Shown: in pieces, positions 24,724 through 35,368 of the stretch
Layout: each line of letters opens with the position of its first letter
How positions within the stretch are numbered: position 1 is the first letter of the stretch
Assembly (NCBI GenBank): GCA_965240325.2
Contig: OZ251236.1
Location: 558,001 to 622,000 of the forward strand
DNA: 64,000 nt
Direction: 5' to 3'
From: Rebecca billardiae RCC1528
Taxonomy: Eukaryota > Protista > Haptophyta
The notes under the pieces: model-generated
What the model was told of the DNA's origin: nothing
Seen by the model: only the letters and a program-made list of their open reading frames with translations
The model's database searches: none
Program-made: the position numbers and the translations under genes

Positions 24724-25497
24724 TCAGCCAGCGGCAACAGCCCCAGGCGCTGGCGCGGCCGGCTGCAGCAACGCCTCGACCACCTCGCCGTTGGCAAGCC
24801 AACGATCCGGCGTGCCCAGGTGGCGCTCGAGCAGTGCGTTGAGAAAATCGCTGTGCCCGAACACCGCGACCCGCCGCTCGGGCCGCCGCTGCAGCTCCGC
24901 GGCGAACTCGTCCACCCTGGCCAGGAAGCACAGCTCCGGCTCGATCAGCCCAAACTGGGCGTACCGCACGCGCGAGTCGCGCGCGTCGGTGGTGCTCGTC
25001 TCGTCGTCGACGTACCACCAGACGGGAGGCAGCTGCGCAAAGTCGAGCGTCGGGAACCGCGCCTGCAGCTCGGCCGGCGCTGAGCCGATGTCGCACGAGT
25101 CCGTCAGGTGCTCGCGCGCGAGCGCGCACACCTCGACCCGCGGCGGAGGGTGCGCGCGCCGGCCTCCCGGCGGGAAGGCGCCTAGGTACGTCTGGACAGC
25201 ACGCGTGAGAGGAGAAACTAGGACGAGCTCGACCGGCTCGCGCGCGAAGCGCTCCTCCAGCGCCGCTGCCTGCCGCGCGCCCTCTGCAGTGAGGGGCGCA
25301 TCGAACAGCGCGTCGTCGGCGCCGCTGTCGCCATACGCATGCACGGCGCTCACATTGTGCGTGGACTCCCCGTGACGGACGAGGAGCAACGTCATTGGGG
25401 CGTGCGATAGGTCGATCGCCGTGTACTGCACGGCGCGCACCAGCACGTCGAGCCTCGACCAGAGCCACCGCACCAGCGAGCGCCACCAGGGCGCCAT
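24724..25497 (-). CDS. Phosphoglycerate mutase-like histidine phosphatase (branch 1)
   Basis: Motifs LLLVRHGESTHN, DAPLT..G..QA, VSPLTRAVQT, RE, VFGHS. Start is 25497 (MAPWW..) or 25395. Confidence 0.85.
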   Translation of the reverse strand: MAPWWRSLVRWLWSRLDVLVRAVQYTAIDLSHAPMTLLLVRHGESTHNVSAVHAYGDSGADDALFDAPLTAEGARQAAALEERFAREPVELVLVSPLTRAVQTYLGAFPPGGRRAHPPPRVEVCALAREHLTDSCDIGSAPAELQARFPTLDFAQLPPVWWYVDDETSTTDARDSRVRYAQFGLIEPELCFLARVDEFAAELQRRPERRVAVFGHSDFLNALLERHLGTPDRWLANGEVVEALLQPAAPAPGAVAAG

Positions 25498-25579
25498 CGT
25501 CCGGTCCGCTCGCGAAAAATTCCGTTGCCCGCCCGAAGTTTGTGAAGTGCCCACTGCTGCTTGCGGCCTTGCTGCGCCC

Positions 25580-26989
25580 ATGGATCATTCCATAGAGGAC
25601 TCCCCGGGCGAGCTCCAACAGCTGTGCTCGGTGACATGCGGCCCGATGCTGGGGGAAGGCACGTCGGGCGCGGCGTACGCGGTCTCGAGCGCGATCGACG
25701 GCTGCCGCTACGCGCTGAAGCGCGTGCACGTGGACACTCACGAGGAGCTCGCGCGCGCGAGGCACGAGGTGACGGTGCACGCCAAGCTGCTCTCGCCCTC
25801 GATCGTCAAATACGCGTACTCGTGGGAGGAGCGGGCGGCCGACGGCGGGCACTTGCTCAACATCCTCCTCGAGCGCTGCGACCGCGAGCTCTGGGACGCG
25901 CTCACCGACGCCGCCTCGCGGCCGAGCCCGTTCGAGCGGCACGTGTGGAGCATGGCGCTGCTCGAGGCGATGCAGGAGCTCAGCCTGAAGAAGGTGGTGC
26001 ACCGCGACATCAACCCGTGGAACGTGTGGCTCGCGGGGATCGAGCTGCGCCTGGGCGACCTCGGCCTCGCCGCGCACCTCCCGCCGGGCGGCGTGCTCGA
26101 GGGCGCCGACACCGCGGGCGCGCCGCCACTCGACTCGTCCGCGCTGGGCAGCCTGTACTCTGCGCCCGAGCTGGGCGCGGTGTACGGCGCGGCCGCGGAC
26201 GTCTTCTCGGCGGGGATGGTGCTCTTCGCGGTGTGGGCGGGCGCGTGCCCCACCGCGGCGGCCGCGGGCGAGGACGAGCTCACCACGCACACCGAGGCCG
26301 TGCGCGCGAGCGGCAGCGTGCCCGGTTGGTTTGAGCAGGAGTGCGTGTACGCGGCTGTGATCGCGCGCATGGTCAGCCATCAGCCGGGCGCGCGGCCGAG
26401 CGTGGTCGAGTGCGCGCACGCGTTCCGGAGCACACCGCCCATGGGCAAGCCTGTGCCTGCGCCGGTGGGCGGCCGGCGCCGCTCGTCCGTCGGCGTGCTC
26501 GGTGGCAGCGGCGACGGTGGCGCGGGCGGCCTGCGCGCCCTGCGCCGCGCCGCGTCGGTGGTGTCAGCAGTCAGTGCGTTCAGCTCCGCAGCGCCGAGTG
26601 GCGGTGCGGCACGGCCTACGCGCCGAGCCTCGTGGGCCGGCAGCGTGGACGCCGCGCGACCTCGCAACGGCAGCGCTGCGCCCGCCCGCGACGACGCGGC
26701 GTTGCGCATGGGCCCGACTGGCACTGCCGGCACGGCCGCTCCGCGGCAGCAGCCGTCGGCTGGCAGTGCGAACGCCCGCGCAGACGCGGCGACGATGACG
26801 TCGCCGCAGCGAGCCGCCGCAGCCCCTGCCGCCGAGATACGCGATGGTTCGCGCCTCCAGCCGAATGACGCCGCGACGAAGCCGTCGCGACCCCAGCTAG
26901 CGACTGCTCGTCCGCTGCAGTTGTGCTGGCCAGCGCTGCGCGCGCGCCGCGCAAACAACACTGACAGCAGCCCTGCTGCGCATCATTGA
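25580..26989 (+). CDS. Protein kinase (divergent Ser/Thr type)
   Basis: Motifs LGEGTSG, YALKRV, HE, VHRDINPWN, LGDLGLA, YSAPE, ADVFSAG, RPS; low-complexity C-tail. Confidence 0.85.
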   Translation: MDHSIEDSPGELQQLCSVTCGPMLGEGTSGAAYAVSSAIDGCRYALKRVHVDTHEELARARHEVTVHAKLLSPSIVKYAYSWEERAADGGHLLNILLERCDRELWDALTDAASRPSPFERHVWSMALLEAMQELSLKKVVHRDINPWNVWLAGIELRLGDLGLAAHLPPGGVLEGADTAGAPPLDSSALGSLYSAPELGAVYGAAADVFSAGMVLFAVWAGACPTAAAAGEDELTTHTEAVRASGSVPGWFEQECVYAAVIARMVSHQPGARPSVVECAHAFRSTPPMGKPVPAPVGGRRRSSVGVLGGSGDGGAGGLRALRRAASVVSAVSAFSSAAPSGGAARPTRRASWAGSVDAARPRNGSAAPARDDAALRMGPTGTAGTAAPRQQPSAGSANARADAATMTSPQRAAAAPAAEIRDGSRLQPNDAATKPSRPQLATARPLQLCWPALRARRANNTDSSPAAHH

Positions 26990-27159
26990 CCAGCATATGT
27001 GGCATATCAGCGCATGTATATGCATGCATGATGCTGTTGTGTCGGTCGTCGTATTATTGGTATACGTGCAGCGGAGGGCGGCCGGACAGGCTTAACACAA
27101 GAATTAAAAGCGCATCATCAGCGCTATCCCCGGCCCCGCCGCCCCGCGGGCGGGCCCGC

Positions 27160-28779
27160 CTATCCTGCACGTGGCCCCTGCGACAGACCCGCCGCCAGCT
27201 GTGCGTGCCGCACAGCCGCGTGGATCACGCGCTCGTGGTTGAGGCCAATCGCGGGGTCCGCTGTCGCGACGTCGATCGCGCGCTGGAACGCGTCCGCTGC
27301 ATCGACAGCGCGATCGGGTCCCTGCGCTTCGCGTGCATCGCCGAGGGCGACGAGCGCGCGCACGCGCATCGCGCCGAGGCCGAGCTCTGCATCGCCACGC
27401 TTGGCTGCAGCGGAGGGCTCGCCCGCGGGCACAGGCGCGCGGTCGGCGAGCTGCTCTGCATCGGCGAGGGCCACCTCGCACTCCGCCTCCGCCTCGGCAT
27501 GCCGCTCGAGTCGGAGCAGCTGCGAGGCGAGCTGCACGCGCAGCGAGACGACGTGCGTGCGCGCCTCAGCAGACGGTGGCGGTGCCAACCTGTCGGCCAG
27601 CGTGCCCGCTGCAGCGCCTGCTGCGGACATGCCCTTGTCCATGGCGCTGAAGCCCTCCGCGACGCCGAGCGCCTGGCGCAGGATGGCAAGCGACGCCTCG
27701 TGCTTTCCCTCGCGCGCGAGCGCCGCGCCCACCTCCTCCAGCCGCGCCGCCTGCAGGCTCTTGCTGCCGCCGTACCCGCCGCCCTCTGTCGCCGACGTGG
27801 CCGTCGAGTGCGCGAGCTCGGATGGTGACGGCATCGGAGGGATGTTGAGCGCCGAGCGCACGGCGGTCATGCGAAGAAGGCTGGTCTGCGCGAAGGTGAG
27901 CACGTTGTTCACGACCCAGTACATGACCAGCCCCGCGGGGAGGTTCGCCGTCAGCGGGAACGAGGCGATGGCGAGCGCGCGCATCACCGTGCCCATCAGC
28001 CGCTGCGTCTTGGCGGCGGTTGGGTCAGGCGAGGGTGGCATGTTGCTCATCGCCGCCTGCACGGTGGCGAACATCGAGATGGAGCACGCGAGCGGGAGGA
28101 CGTACGTCGGGTCCGCGACGGTGAGGTCCGCGAACCCCGGCGGGCCGCCCGTCGCCATCGACGGGAACACCGCCCCCGCCTTCTGCAGGCCCCACATGGC
28201 CGAGAGGAAGCAAGGCAGCTGCACCAGGGGCAGCTTGAGCGACGACGCGGGCGAGACGTTGTGCCGCGCGTAGATGGCCATGAGCTCGGCCTGGATGGCA
28301 CGCATTTGCTCCTCCGACGCCTTCGCGCCCACCGCCACCTGCAGCCGCTGCTGCACCTCGCCGAGCTCTGGCGCGGCACGCGCCATGCGCACGCTGATGC
28401 GCATGGCCTCGATGTTCAGGGGCAGCAGCGCCGTGCGCAGGCACAGGGTGAGGCTGGCGATCGAGATCCACCACGGCACGTCGGCGTATGTATGCACGCC
28501 ATGCAGCAGCATGAGCACTGTGTCCGCGGGGTACGCCATCATCGTCGCAAACAGCGGCTGCGTCGGCTCCGTCACTGCTCCAACGCCCAACGCCAGATCG
28601 CCTGCAGTGCTGGGGTAAGGTGCTGGGCCGACGAAGGCCGCGGGACCTGGCGGGGGCACTTGCTCATTCGTGCCAACCGAGAGCACGCGCACGCCAGCAC
28701 CGCGCCGAGCGCACACGCGCGGCTGCGCGACGCGCCCGAGTGGCGTGACGCGACACGCGACGCGTGCCCAGCGCTGCAT
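27160..28779 (-). CDS. Oxa1/YidC-family mitochondrial membrane insertase with TPR-like C-terminal extension
   Basis: Arg-rich presequence; PWWISIASLTLCLRTALLPL, PLVQLPCF, DLTVADPTYVLP, LPAGLVMYWVVNN..Q, LNIP; then a helical TPR-like tail. Confidence 0.88.
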   Translation of the reverse strand: MQRWARVACRVTPLGRVAQPRVCARRGAGVRVLSVGTNEQVPPPGPAAFVGPAPYPSTAGDLALGVGAVTEPTQPLFATMMAYPADTVLMLLHGVHTYADVPWWISIASLTLCLRTALLPLNIEAMRISVRMARAAPELGEVQQRLQVAVGAKASEEQMRAIQAELMAIYARHNVSPASSLKLPLVQLPCFLSAMWGLQKAGAVFPSMATGGPPGFADLTVADPTYVLPLACSISMFATVQAAMSNMPPSPDPTAAKTQRLMGTVMRALAIASFPLTANLPAGLVMYWVVNNVLTFAQTSLLRMTAVRSALNIPPMPSPSELAHSTATSATEGGGYGGSKSLQAARLEEVGAALAREGKHEASLAILRQALGVAEGFSAMDKGMSAAGAAAGTLADRLAPPPSAEARTHVVSLRVQLASQLLRLERHAEAEAECEVALADAEQLADRAPVPAGEPSAAAKRGDAELGLGAMRVRALVALGDAREAQGPDRAVDAADAFQRAIDVATADPAIGLNHERVIHAAVRHAQLAAGLSQGPRAG

Positions 28780-28953
28780 CGTGTCGTGCCGGGAGGGTCA
28801 CTGGCCGAGAATTCCTTTGGCCGAGCCTCCCTTGGCCGAGCGGCGCCGGCCGGGCGCACAGCGCGCGTTTACTTCCGCGCGACGACCTCACTGATCTATG
28901 GATTCATGCCGGATCGGCTTTGATGGCTTCCGCGCGCCCGAGCCGCACGGCTC

Positions 28954-31126
28954 GAGACCCCTTCAGGGAAATCGTGCTCGGCTGGGGTCGCGGCTGCGCT
29001 GGCGGCTGAGGTCGGACCTCAGCCGAGCCGAGGCCGGCTGAGGTCGATCTCCACATACGGGGAAAGCGCGAGATAGTAGGCGCCGCGCGCGCCGAGGCGC
29101 CTTGCGCCTCCTCGCACGTCGCACCGACGCGTGGCACGCGACTCACGCGGCTGCGCATCGGCGCTGAGGTACAAGGGTCCATCCGCGCCGATCGCGCGCG
29201 TGCGCACGCCCTTCCTCGCCGCTGCGGCAGGCGCACGCGCTTCGCGAGCCGCCATGCGTGCGCTGGGAGGCAAAAGCGCACGCGCGCGGCGAGGCACGTT
29301 GAACGCCCCAGACGCAGCGATGCGTCGTATGGCGTAGCACGTGTCACACGCGTGCTCTTAGCTTCGCGTGGCGCCGCGCGTGTGCACGGTCTCGGCGGTG
29401 CGCGTCGCGCGCTTTGCGCAGCCGCCAGCACACAGCCAGCTGACCCACGTGCGCCCGGCGTCGTCGAGTGGGCTGTGCACTGCGCGCACGAGGCGTGGCG
29501 CTGCGTGCCTGGCTCGTGGATGGCATGATGCCCGCGCTCTGCGCCCCGCCTGGCGCTTGGCCAGCGATGTGTACCTCCGCGGCCAAGCTGTTCCGCGGCG
29601 TGGCAGGCGGTGCGATCGCAGGGCGCGGCCGGTTCCAGCCGCCGGCTCGCCGGCCATGCGCACCGGGACATGCGGTGCCATGTCGGCCTCGCGAGCGCGC
29701 GCGGGTGTCACGTAGTGATGCAACTGCCCCTCGGCGGCCGCAGGGCGGTCGCGGCCGCAGCCTGGCGCCATGGGATCGCGCATGGCGGTCAGCTCATGCA
29801 TCAGGCAGGCGAGCACGACAGCAGCCAGGCGCACTGTGAATCGGCCGCGGCCGTCTGCTGGTTCTAGCTCGCCTCTCGGACGAGTGACCGAGACTCGTCA
29901 GCCCACGCCATTTGGTTGTCGGTAGCGAACGGGTGGACTTCCGCTGGCGCTGCTGATGATCAATAGGCTGTCGCAGCAACATATCGTCGCCTGTTGCTAG
30001 CTGGCATCTCTCATCTGCTCAGCGAGCTCTGTGGACTGGGCCGTGCATGCCGGCATGCGACACAGCCACAGGCATGCTGCATGGTTTTGGCAGCCATCGA
30101 GTCACAATGCGACGAATCCTGCCGCCAGACTTGACATGTGCGCTACCTGCCCGGCAAATGGCAACGCCCCCATCTCAGAGACATGCCAAGTTGTTCTCGA
30201 GTTGCGCTGCACCTGATGACAATACCCGACCTGTGCACTTTGGCTGCTGTGCTGAGCAACACCGTAGGCCGCAACCAGCTTGTCAATCAGATCAGCAGCG
30301 GGGGACGAGATGAGCCAGGCTGCGGCCGCGACCGCCCTGCGGCCGCCGAGGGGCAGTTGCATCACTACGTGACACCCGCGCGCGCTCGCGAGGCCGACAT
30401 GGCACCGCATGTCCCGGTGCGCATGGCCGGCGAGCCGGCGGCTGGAACCGGCCGCGCCCTGCGATCGCACCGCCTGCCACGCCGCGGAACAGCTTGGCCG
30501 CGGAGGTACACATCGCTGGCCAAGCGCCAGGCGGGGCGCAGAGCGCGGGCATCATGCCATCCACGAGCCAGGCACGCAGCGCCACGCCTCGTGCGCGCAG
30601 TGCACAGCCCACTCGACGACGCCGGGCGCACGTGGGTCAGCTGGCTGTGTGCTGGCGGCTGCGCAAAGCGCGCGACGCGCACCGCCGAGACCGTGCACAC
30701 GCGCGGCGCCACGCGAAGCTAAGAGCACGCGTGTGACACGTGCTACGCCATACGACGCATCGCTGCGTCTGGGGCGTTCAACGTGCCTCGCCGCGCGCGT
30801 GCGCTTTTGCCTCCCAGCGCACGCATGGCGGCTCGCGAAGCGCGTGCGCCTGCCGCAGCGGCGAGGAAGGGCGTGCGCACGCGCGCGATCGGCGCGGATG
30901 GACCCTTGTACCTCAGCGCCGACGCGCAGCCGCGTGAGTCGCGTGCCACGCGTCGGTGCGACGCGCGAGGAGGCGCAAGGCGCCTCGGCGCGCGCGGCGC
31001 CTACTATCTCGCGCTTTCCCCGTATGTGGAGATCGACCTCAGCCGGCCTCGGCTCGGCTGAGGTCCGACCTCAGCCGCCAGCGCAGCCGCGACCCCAGCC
31101 GAGCACGATTTCCCTGAAGGGGTCTC
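28954..31126. mobile_element. Foldback non-autonomous element, copy 2 (813-bp arms 28954-29766 and 30314-31126), 5-bp TSD GGCTC
   Basis: Near-identical to 10699-12882 and in the same orientation. Flanks are cacGGCTC|GAGACC ... GGTCTC|GGCTCgcac. Confidence 0.95.
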
Positions 31127-31210
31127 GGCTCGCACCCCCCCCCCCGTCCGGCGTGGAGAGGTCGCCAGCTCTCGCTCGCCCGCCAGCTGACCTCGCCGCC
31201 GCTCGCCGAG

Positions 31211-31889
31211 ATGAACGCCATGGCGCCACGTCCCCGCTCGAATTCGCTGAAGCCCGCGCACAAGCACTCGCCGGCAGAAGAGGAGGAGCTCGTCATGTCC
31301 ACGCTGAGACGCCTCCTCACGGCAATCGACAGTGGCGACTACGCCACATACTGGTGCGCGCCATTTCCTCTTGAGCTGTTGCGCACGCCATCCGGAAGCC
31401 TGCGGGCGGGCTGACGGGCGCGGCGGCGGCCCTGCGCGCGCGCGCAGCGAGCTTTGCGATCCCGACCTGACCGCGTTCGAACCGGAGGCGCACGGCGCGC
31501 TCGTTGAAGGCTTGACTTTCCACAAGGTGCGCGTGCGCCGATGCGCTAGCCCCAGCCCTGACCTCCACACACTCTCACTATTGAACAGCGCTGCTGAGCG
31601 TTTGAGCTGATGCTGTGCAGCGCGCCCTGCGCATGTCGTCTGTTGCCACCCCGTTCAGTTCTACTTCGACAATCGCATGTCGGACTCCCCGGGCAGGGCC
31701 CAGTCCACCATCGCGTCGCCAAAGTTCTCCCTGCTCGGCGACAATCACGCGCTGGTGGCCTACACGCGCGTGCAGCAGAGGCTGGTGCCCAACGGGGGCT
31801 TTGCGGAGAGCGCGTCGAATGAGACGCGCGTCTTCTCACGCAGTGGCGCGACAGGAAACTGGATCTGCATGCACTTCCACCGCTCGTGA
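31211..31889 (+). CDS. Stand-alone CaMKII association (hub) domain protein, about 150 aa
   Basis: Exons 31211-31353, 31448-31526 and 31659-31889 splice to [66 protein letters not shown], the CaMKII hub signature. Confidence 0.92.
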
Positions 31890-32371
31890 TGATGCGATGC
31901 TGTATGGGCTGGCCACGGCGTTTCAAGGGACTCTCCATTCATCGCTGCTGAGCTCAATGGATCGAGATCGAAATCACGGATGTGAAGTGCGAGTCACACG
32001 CCGTCGAATCCGTCATGCTGCAGTGCTGCACAGTGCACACTGAGCCGCGTGCTCGCCGCGCCGCGCGACCAATCGGCACCATCGAGAGAGTGCGATGGCG
32101 CTCTACATCAAAGCAAGCATGGCTGGCGCGTCGAGAGTGGCTGACTTGGCGGAACGGGGAGTCGCCCAGGCCGTCAACTCCGGGATACCGGCCCGACCGG
32201 GCAGCCATCCATCCAGCATCGTCAACGACTCAACGCTGGCGTTCGTCATCATCAATCGCGCCGGCAGCCAGCAGCCGAGCTCATAATCTAAGAGTGTCAA
32301 ATGCCACTCTATCATGCATGTTGAGAGTGGCTACTACAGTGTGGCATCGTAGTGGCTTATTAGTGGGTCGT

Positions 32372-32376
<5 letters not shown>

Positions 32377-32423
<47 letters not shown>

Positions 32424-32489
32424 CATGTATATTATAAGCTATATACTGCGCTATATCGTCTTAATAACTAATAGAGAGAGAGAGAGAGT

Positions 32490-32545
<56 letters not shown>
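32377..32545. repeat. (TA)n and (GA)n microsatellites
   Basis: Seen directly in the sequence. Confidence 0.95.
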
Positions 32546-32547
<2 letters not shown>

Positions 32548-33638
32548 GGCGGAGAGAGATCGAGAGCGCATGCATGACCGGATCGGAATATAGCTCGCGT
32601 AACTATATAGCTGTGACACTCGTCAGCAGCTTCAGAGCAGATCGACGCTGCTGATGTGTCTGCTGCAGACTGAGTCTGAGACTGCGCCTGCGTGCGCCAC
32701 CTGGTACTGATCCGTTACTAATGACTACTAGGTTACCGGACGATCCGCCGATGAATCCGGCGCGGCCCGCCCGCTGGCGCCGGGGGCCCGGAGCCCTGCG
32801 CGGTGGCAGCGCCGATGATGGCTGTCCCGGGGCCAGTAGTAGTCGTATATATAACTATAGACTGGCGCCTCGCGCCCGCGAATCCGCGATTGTAACACTC
32901 CGCCGTCCGCCTATAATATAGCTGCTGATGGATGATTGATGAGGGCGGCAAGATCCGGCCACGTGCAGCACAATTTCCGGACGGCGCGCGCCGCTGGCGC
33001 CTGACGGGCCACGGGACGGCTCGGACTGCGGCCGCGACTCGGCTGCATCGGTGGGCCCCAGTGGCAGGCGGCGCCCCGCGGCCACGGCCCTGACCGCGCG
33101 GGCCGCGGGCCATGCACGCAGTCTCAGCGCGAATGAAATTTGTCGGCGCCCGACTCGTCCATCCTGCGCGCCTGCGGACGACGACCCAGTCATCCGACAC
33201 AGTAAGTGAGCAGCAGTTACGTAGTCTGCGCTGATGGGTATTGAAAAAGTCGCGTCGTCGCGTCTAGTTTATTTTCAATATATTTAAATATATTTAAGGC
33301 GCCTGCGTACTTCGCGCCGTAGTCAGGCAGCAGCACTCAGCAGCAGGCGCAGCATCAGTCGTTCGGCGGAGTCGTTTGCTGCCTCTCGCACCAGGCTACA
33401 CTGACTAAACCTACACGGGTCTCTGCGACTCCCGCTCTGCGGCCTCAGCGCGCTGCACAGCCGACGAGCGCGCATGCAAGCTGCTTATAGCAGCTAATCA
33501 GGCGCAGCCTAGCTCAAGGAGCTGTCGTCGATTGCCCTCAGGACGGTCTATGCACACGAACGTTCCGCGCGGCTGGGCGAGCCGCCAACTCCACCGCAAG
33601 TGGCCACGCCACCGATGTGATCAGGTCCCTGACCTGCG

Positions 33639-34440
33639 GTGAGATCCCTCCTTGCCACACCACCTTGCGTGGCCACGACGGCTGGATGGGCGGCGGCTCG
33701 TCCGAGCGCCGCCTCACACCCAGGGCAGGGCAGCCGCTCGTCAGGCGCTGCGCGGTGGTGTGCCCGCACGGGGCAAGGTGACGTTGAGAAGTCACCATTT
33801 GCCTGCGCGGAGGAAGCACAGTCTCCGAGCCTGCGCGACGACACGATCGCGAAGAGAAGGAAGGACAAGCTGTATGTGTATGCGCAGTGTGCACACGCTC
33901 ACACGCACACACGCGTACGCACAATGGCCAGCAGCACGCCACGCACGACGAGCGGTCCATCATAGGCTCAGACGCGCCCACGCTTGAGTGCACCTCGTGC
34001 GGTCTGGTGGACGCCCCACGCTCAGCTTCTTTGCCACCCTCTACCGTACAACATGTGTTTCATGGTTTGGGTGAACCTGGCTCTGATCCGTTATCGCTCG
34101 ACGTTGACGCCTCTGCCAAGCAGGACAAGCTGCGTGAATTCCGCGATCTGGACGAGCTCCTACAAGGGCGCACGGCTCTCACATCCTACGAAGTCATTCT
34201 TTTCCTCGTCGCTCGTGAATTCACGACTGAATGGCGAGGAGTGGCCACGCCGAGAAGAGACAAGCTCTCAGCTCGATCTCGGCGCGGATAGGAGTTCGCG
34301 GGCTCGTCGGACTCGAGTGGCCAGCCCGCACCGTTCAAATCGCAGATCTCGTGCCATCCACGACGGCTTCGACCAGCGGCCGAACCACGGCATTCTGCAT
34401 TGGCGGCTCGGCGCTCGTCAAGGGCAGCAGTCCATCTGAC
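33639..34440 (+). other. Possible degraded or unrecognised coding region
   Basis: Protein-like segments (LECTSCG; KLREFRDLDELLQGRTALTSYEVILFLVARE) across frames; no family recognised. Confidence 0.2.
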
Positions 34441-34624
34441 ACGCTGACACGGGATCTTGCGCCCACAGCTCCCGCCATTTCTCGTCCCGCCGGCCGACGG
34501 GTCGCTCGTGACGAGCTCAGTTTCCTCCGGAACGCGAAATCCGGAAGACAACCACACCAAGGGCGGTAACCACACACTCATAAGTCATATTACGCTTTTA
34601 CCCGCCCGGACGAATCGCCGCGGC

Positions 34625-35251
34625 ATGGCAAGCGCCCTGCTCACACGGGCCTCGAGCCGGGCCATTCTCGTGGCTACGGAGGCTGCCGCGAATATCGCTC
34701 GAGATGAGAGCATTCGGTGGCTACTATTCAGTCTGGCCACGACCGTGCTTGCGCGCGCGCGGCGCCTCCTCGACGGCCGGCTGAGCGCGTGTGCACAAAT
34801 ACTCGCTTGTGCCGCAGCCGTGTCGGCGCTGATTGGCTGCGCATACTACACGCTCTGGCGACCCGAATCGGACGCCAGCGCCTCGAGCCACCAGCCAGCC
34901 CCCGAGCTCCCGAAGGCTGGGTGGCAGCTGAGGAAGGCCGCGTCTCGAGCGCTCGCGGCCATCCCGGTTCGACAGGTCCTCACATCTGCAGTCATCCTGA
35001 TCATCCTCGATTTCAGCAACGTGTTCATCGCGATCGACCAGGCGGATATCATCGTCGGGCCTCTCATGCGGCTCGGCGGCTCTGTGGTAAGGGTCGCACG
35101 CCCAGCTCTCCGAGCGAGCATTCGACTGGCAGCTGCCGTGGTGCGCAGGTTGAGCGCGCAGAGGCAGACGCTGGCGAGCAGCGCGACCAGCACTCGCAAA
35201 ATACCCCGACTCCGCCGCCTGGTGTCTGTCATGACGCGCCTGCGACAATGA
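34625..35251 (+). CDS. Hypothetical membrane protein
   Basis: ATG at 34625 (MASALLTRA..), with 2-3 hydrophobic segments (AQILACAAAVSALIGCAYY; VLTSAVILIILDFSNVFIA). Confidence 0.5.
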   Translation: MASALLTRASSRAILVATEAAANIARDESIRWLLFSLATTVLARARRLLDGRLSACAQILACAAAVSALIGCAYYTLWRPESDASASSHQPAPELPKAGWQLRKAASRALAAIPVRQVLTSAVILIILDFSNVFIAIDQADIIVGPLMRLGGSVVRVARPALRASIRLAAAVVRRLSAQRQTLASSATSTRKIPRLRRLVSVMTRLRQ

Positions 35252-35294
35252 CGAGCATGCCAATGCTGCTGCTGATGAGTATACGACGACTAAT

Positions 35295-35297
<3 letters not shown>

Positions 35298-35365
<68 letters not shown>
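35298..35365. repeat. (CA)n microsatellite
   Basis: Seen directly in the sequence. Confidence 0.95.
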
Positions 35366-35368
<3 letters not shown>

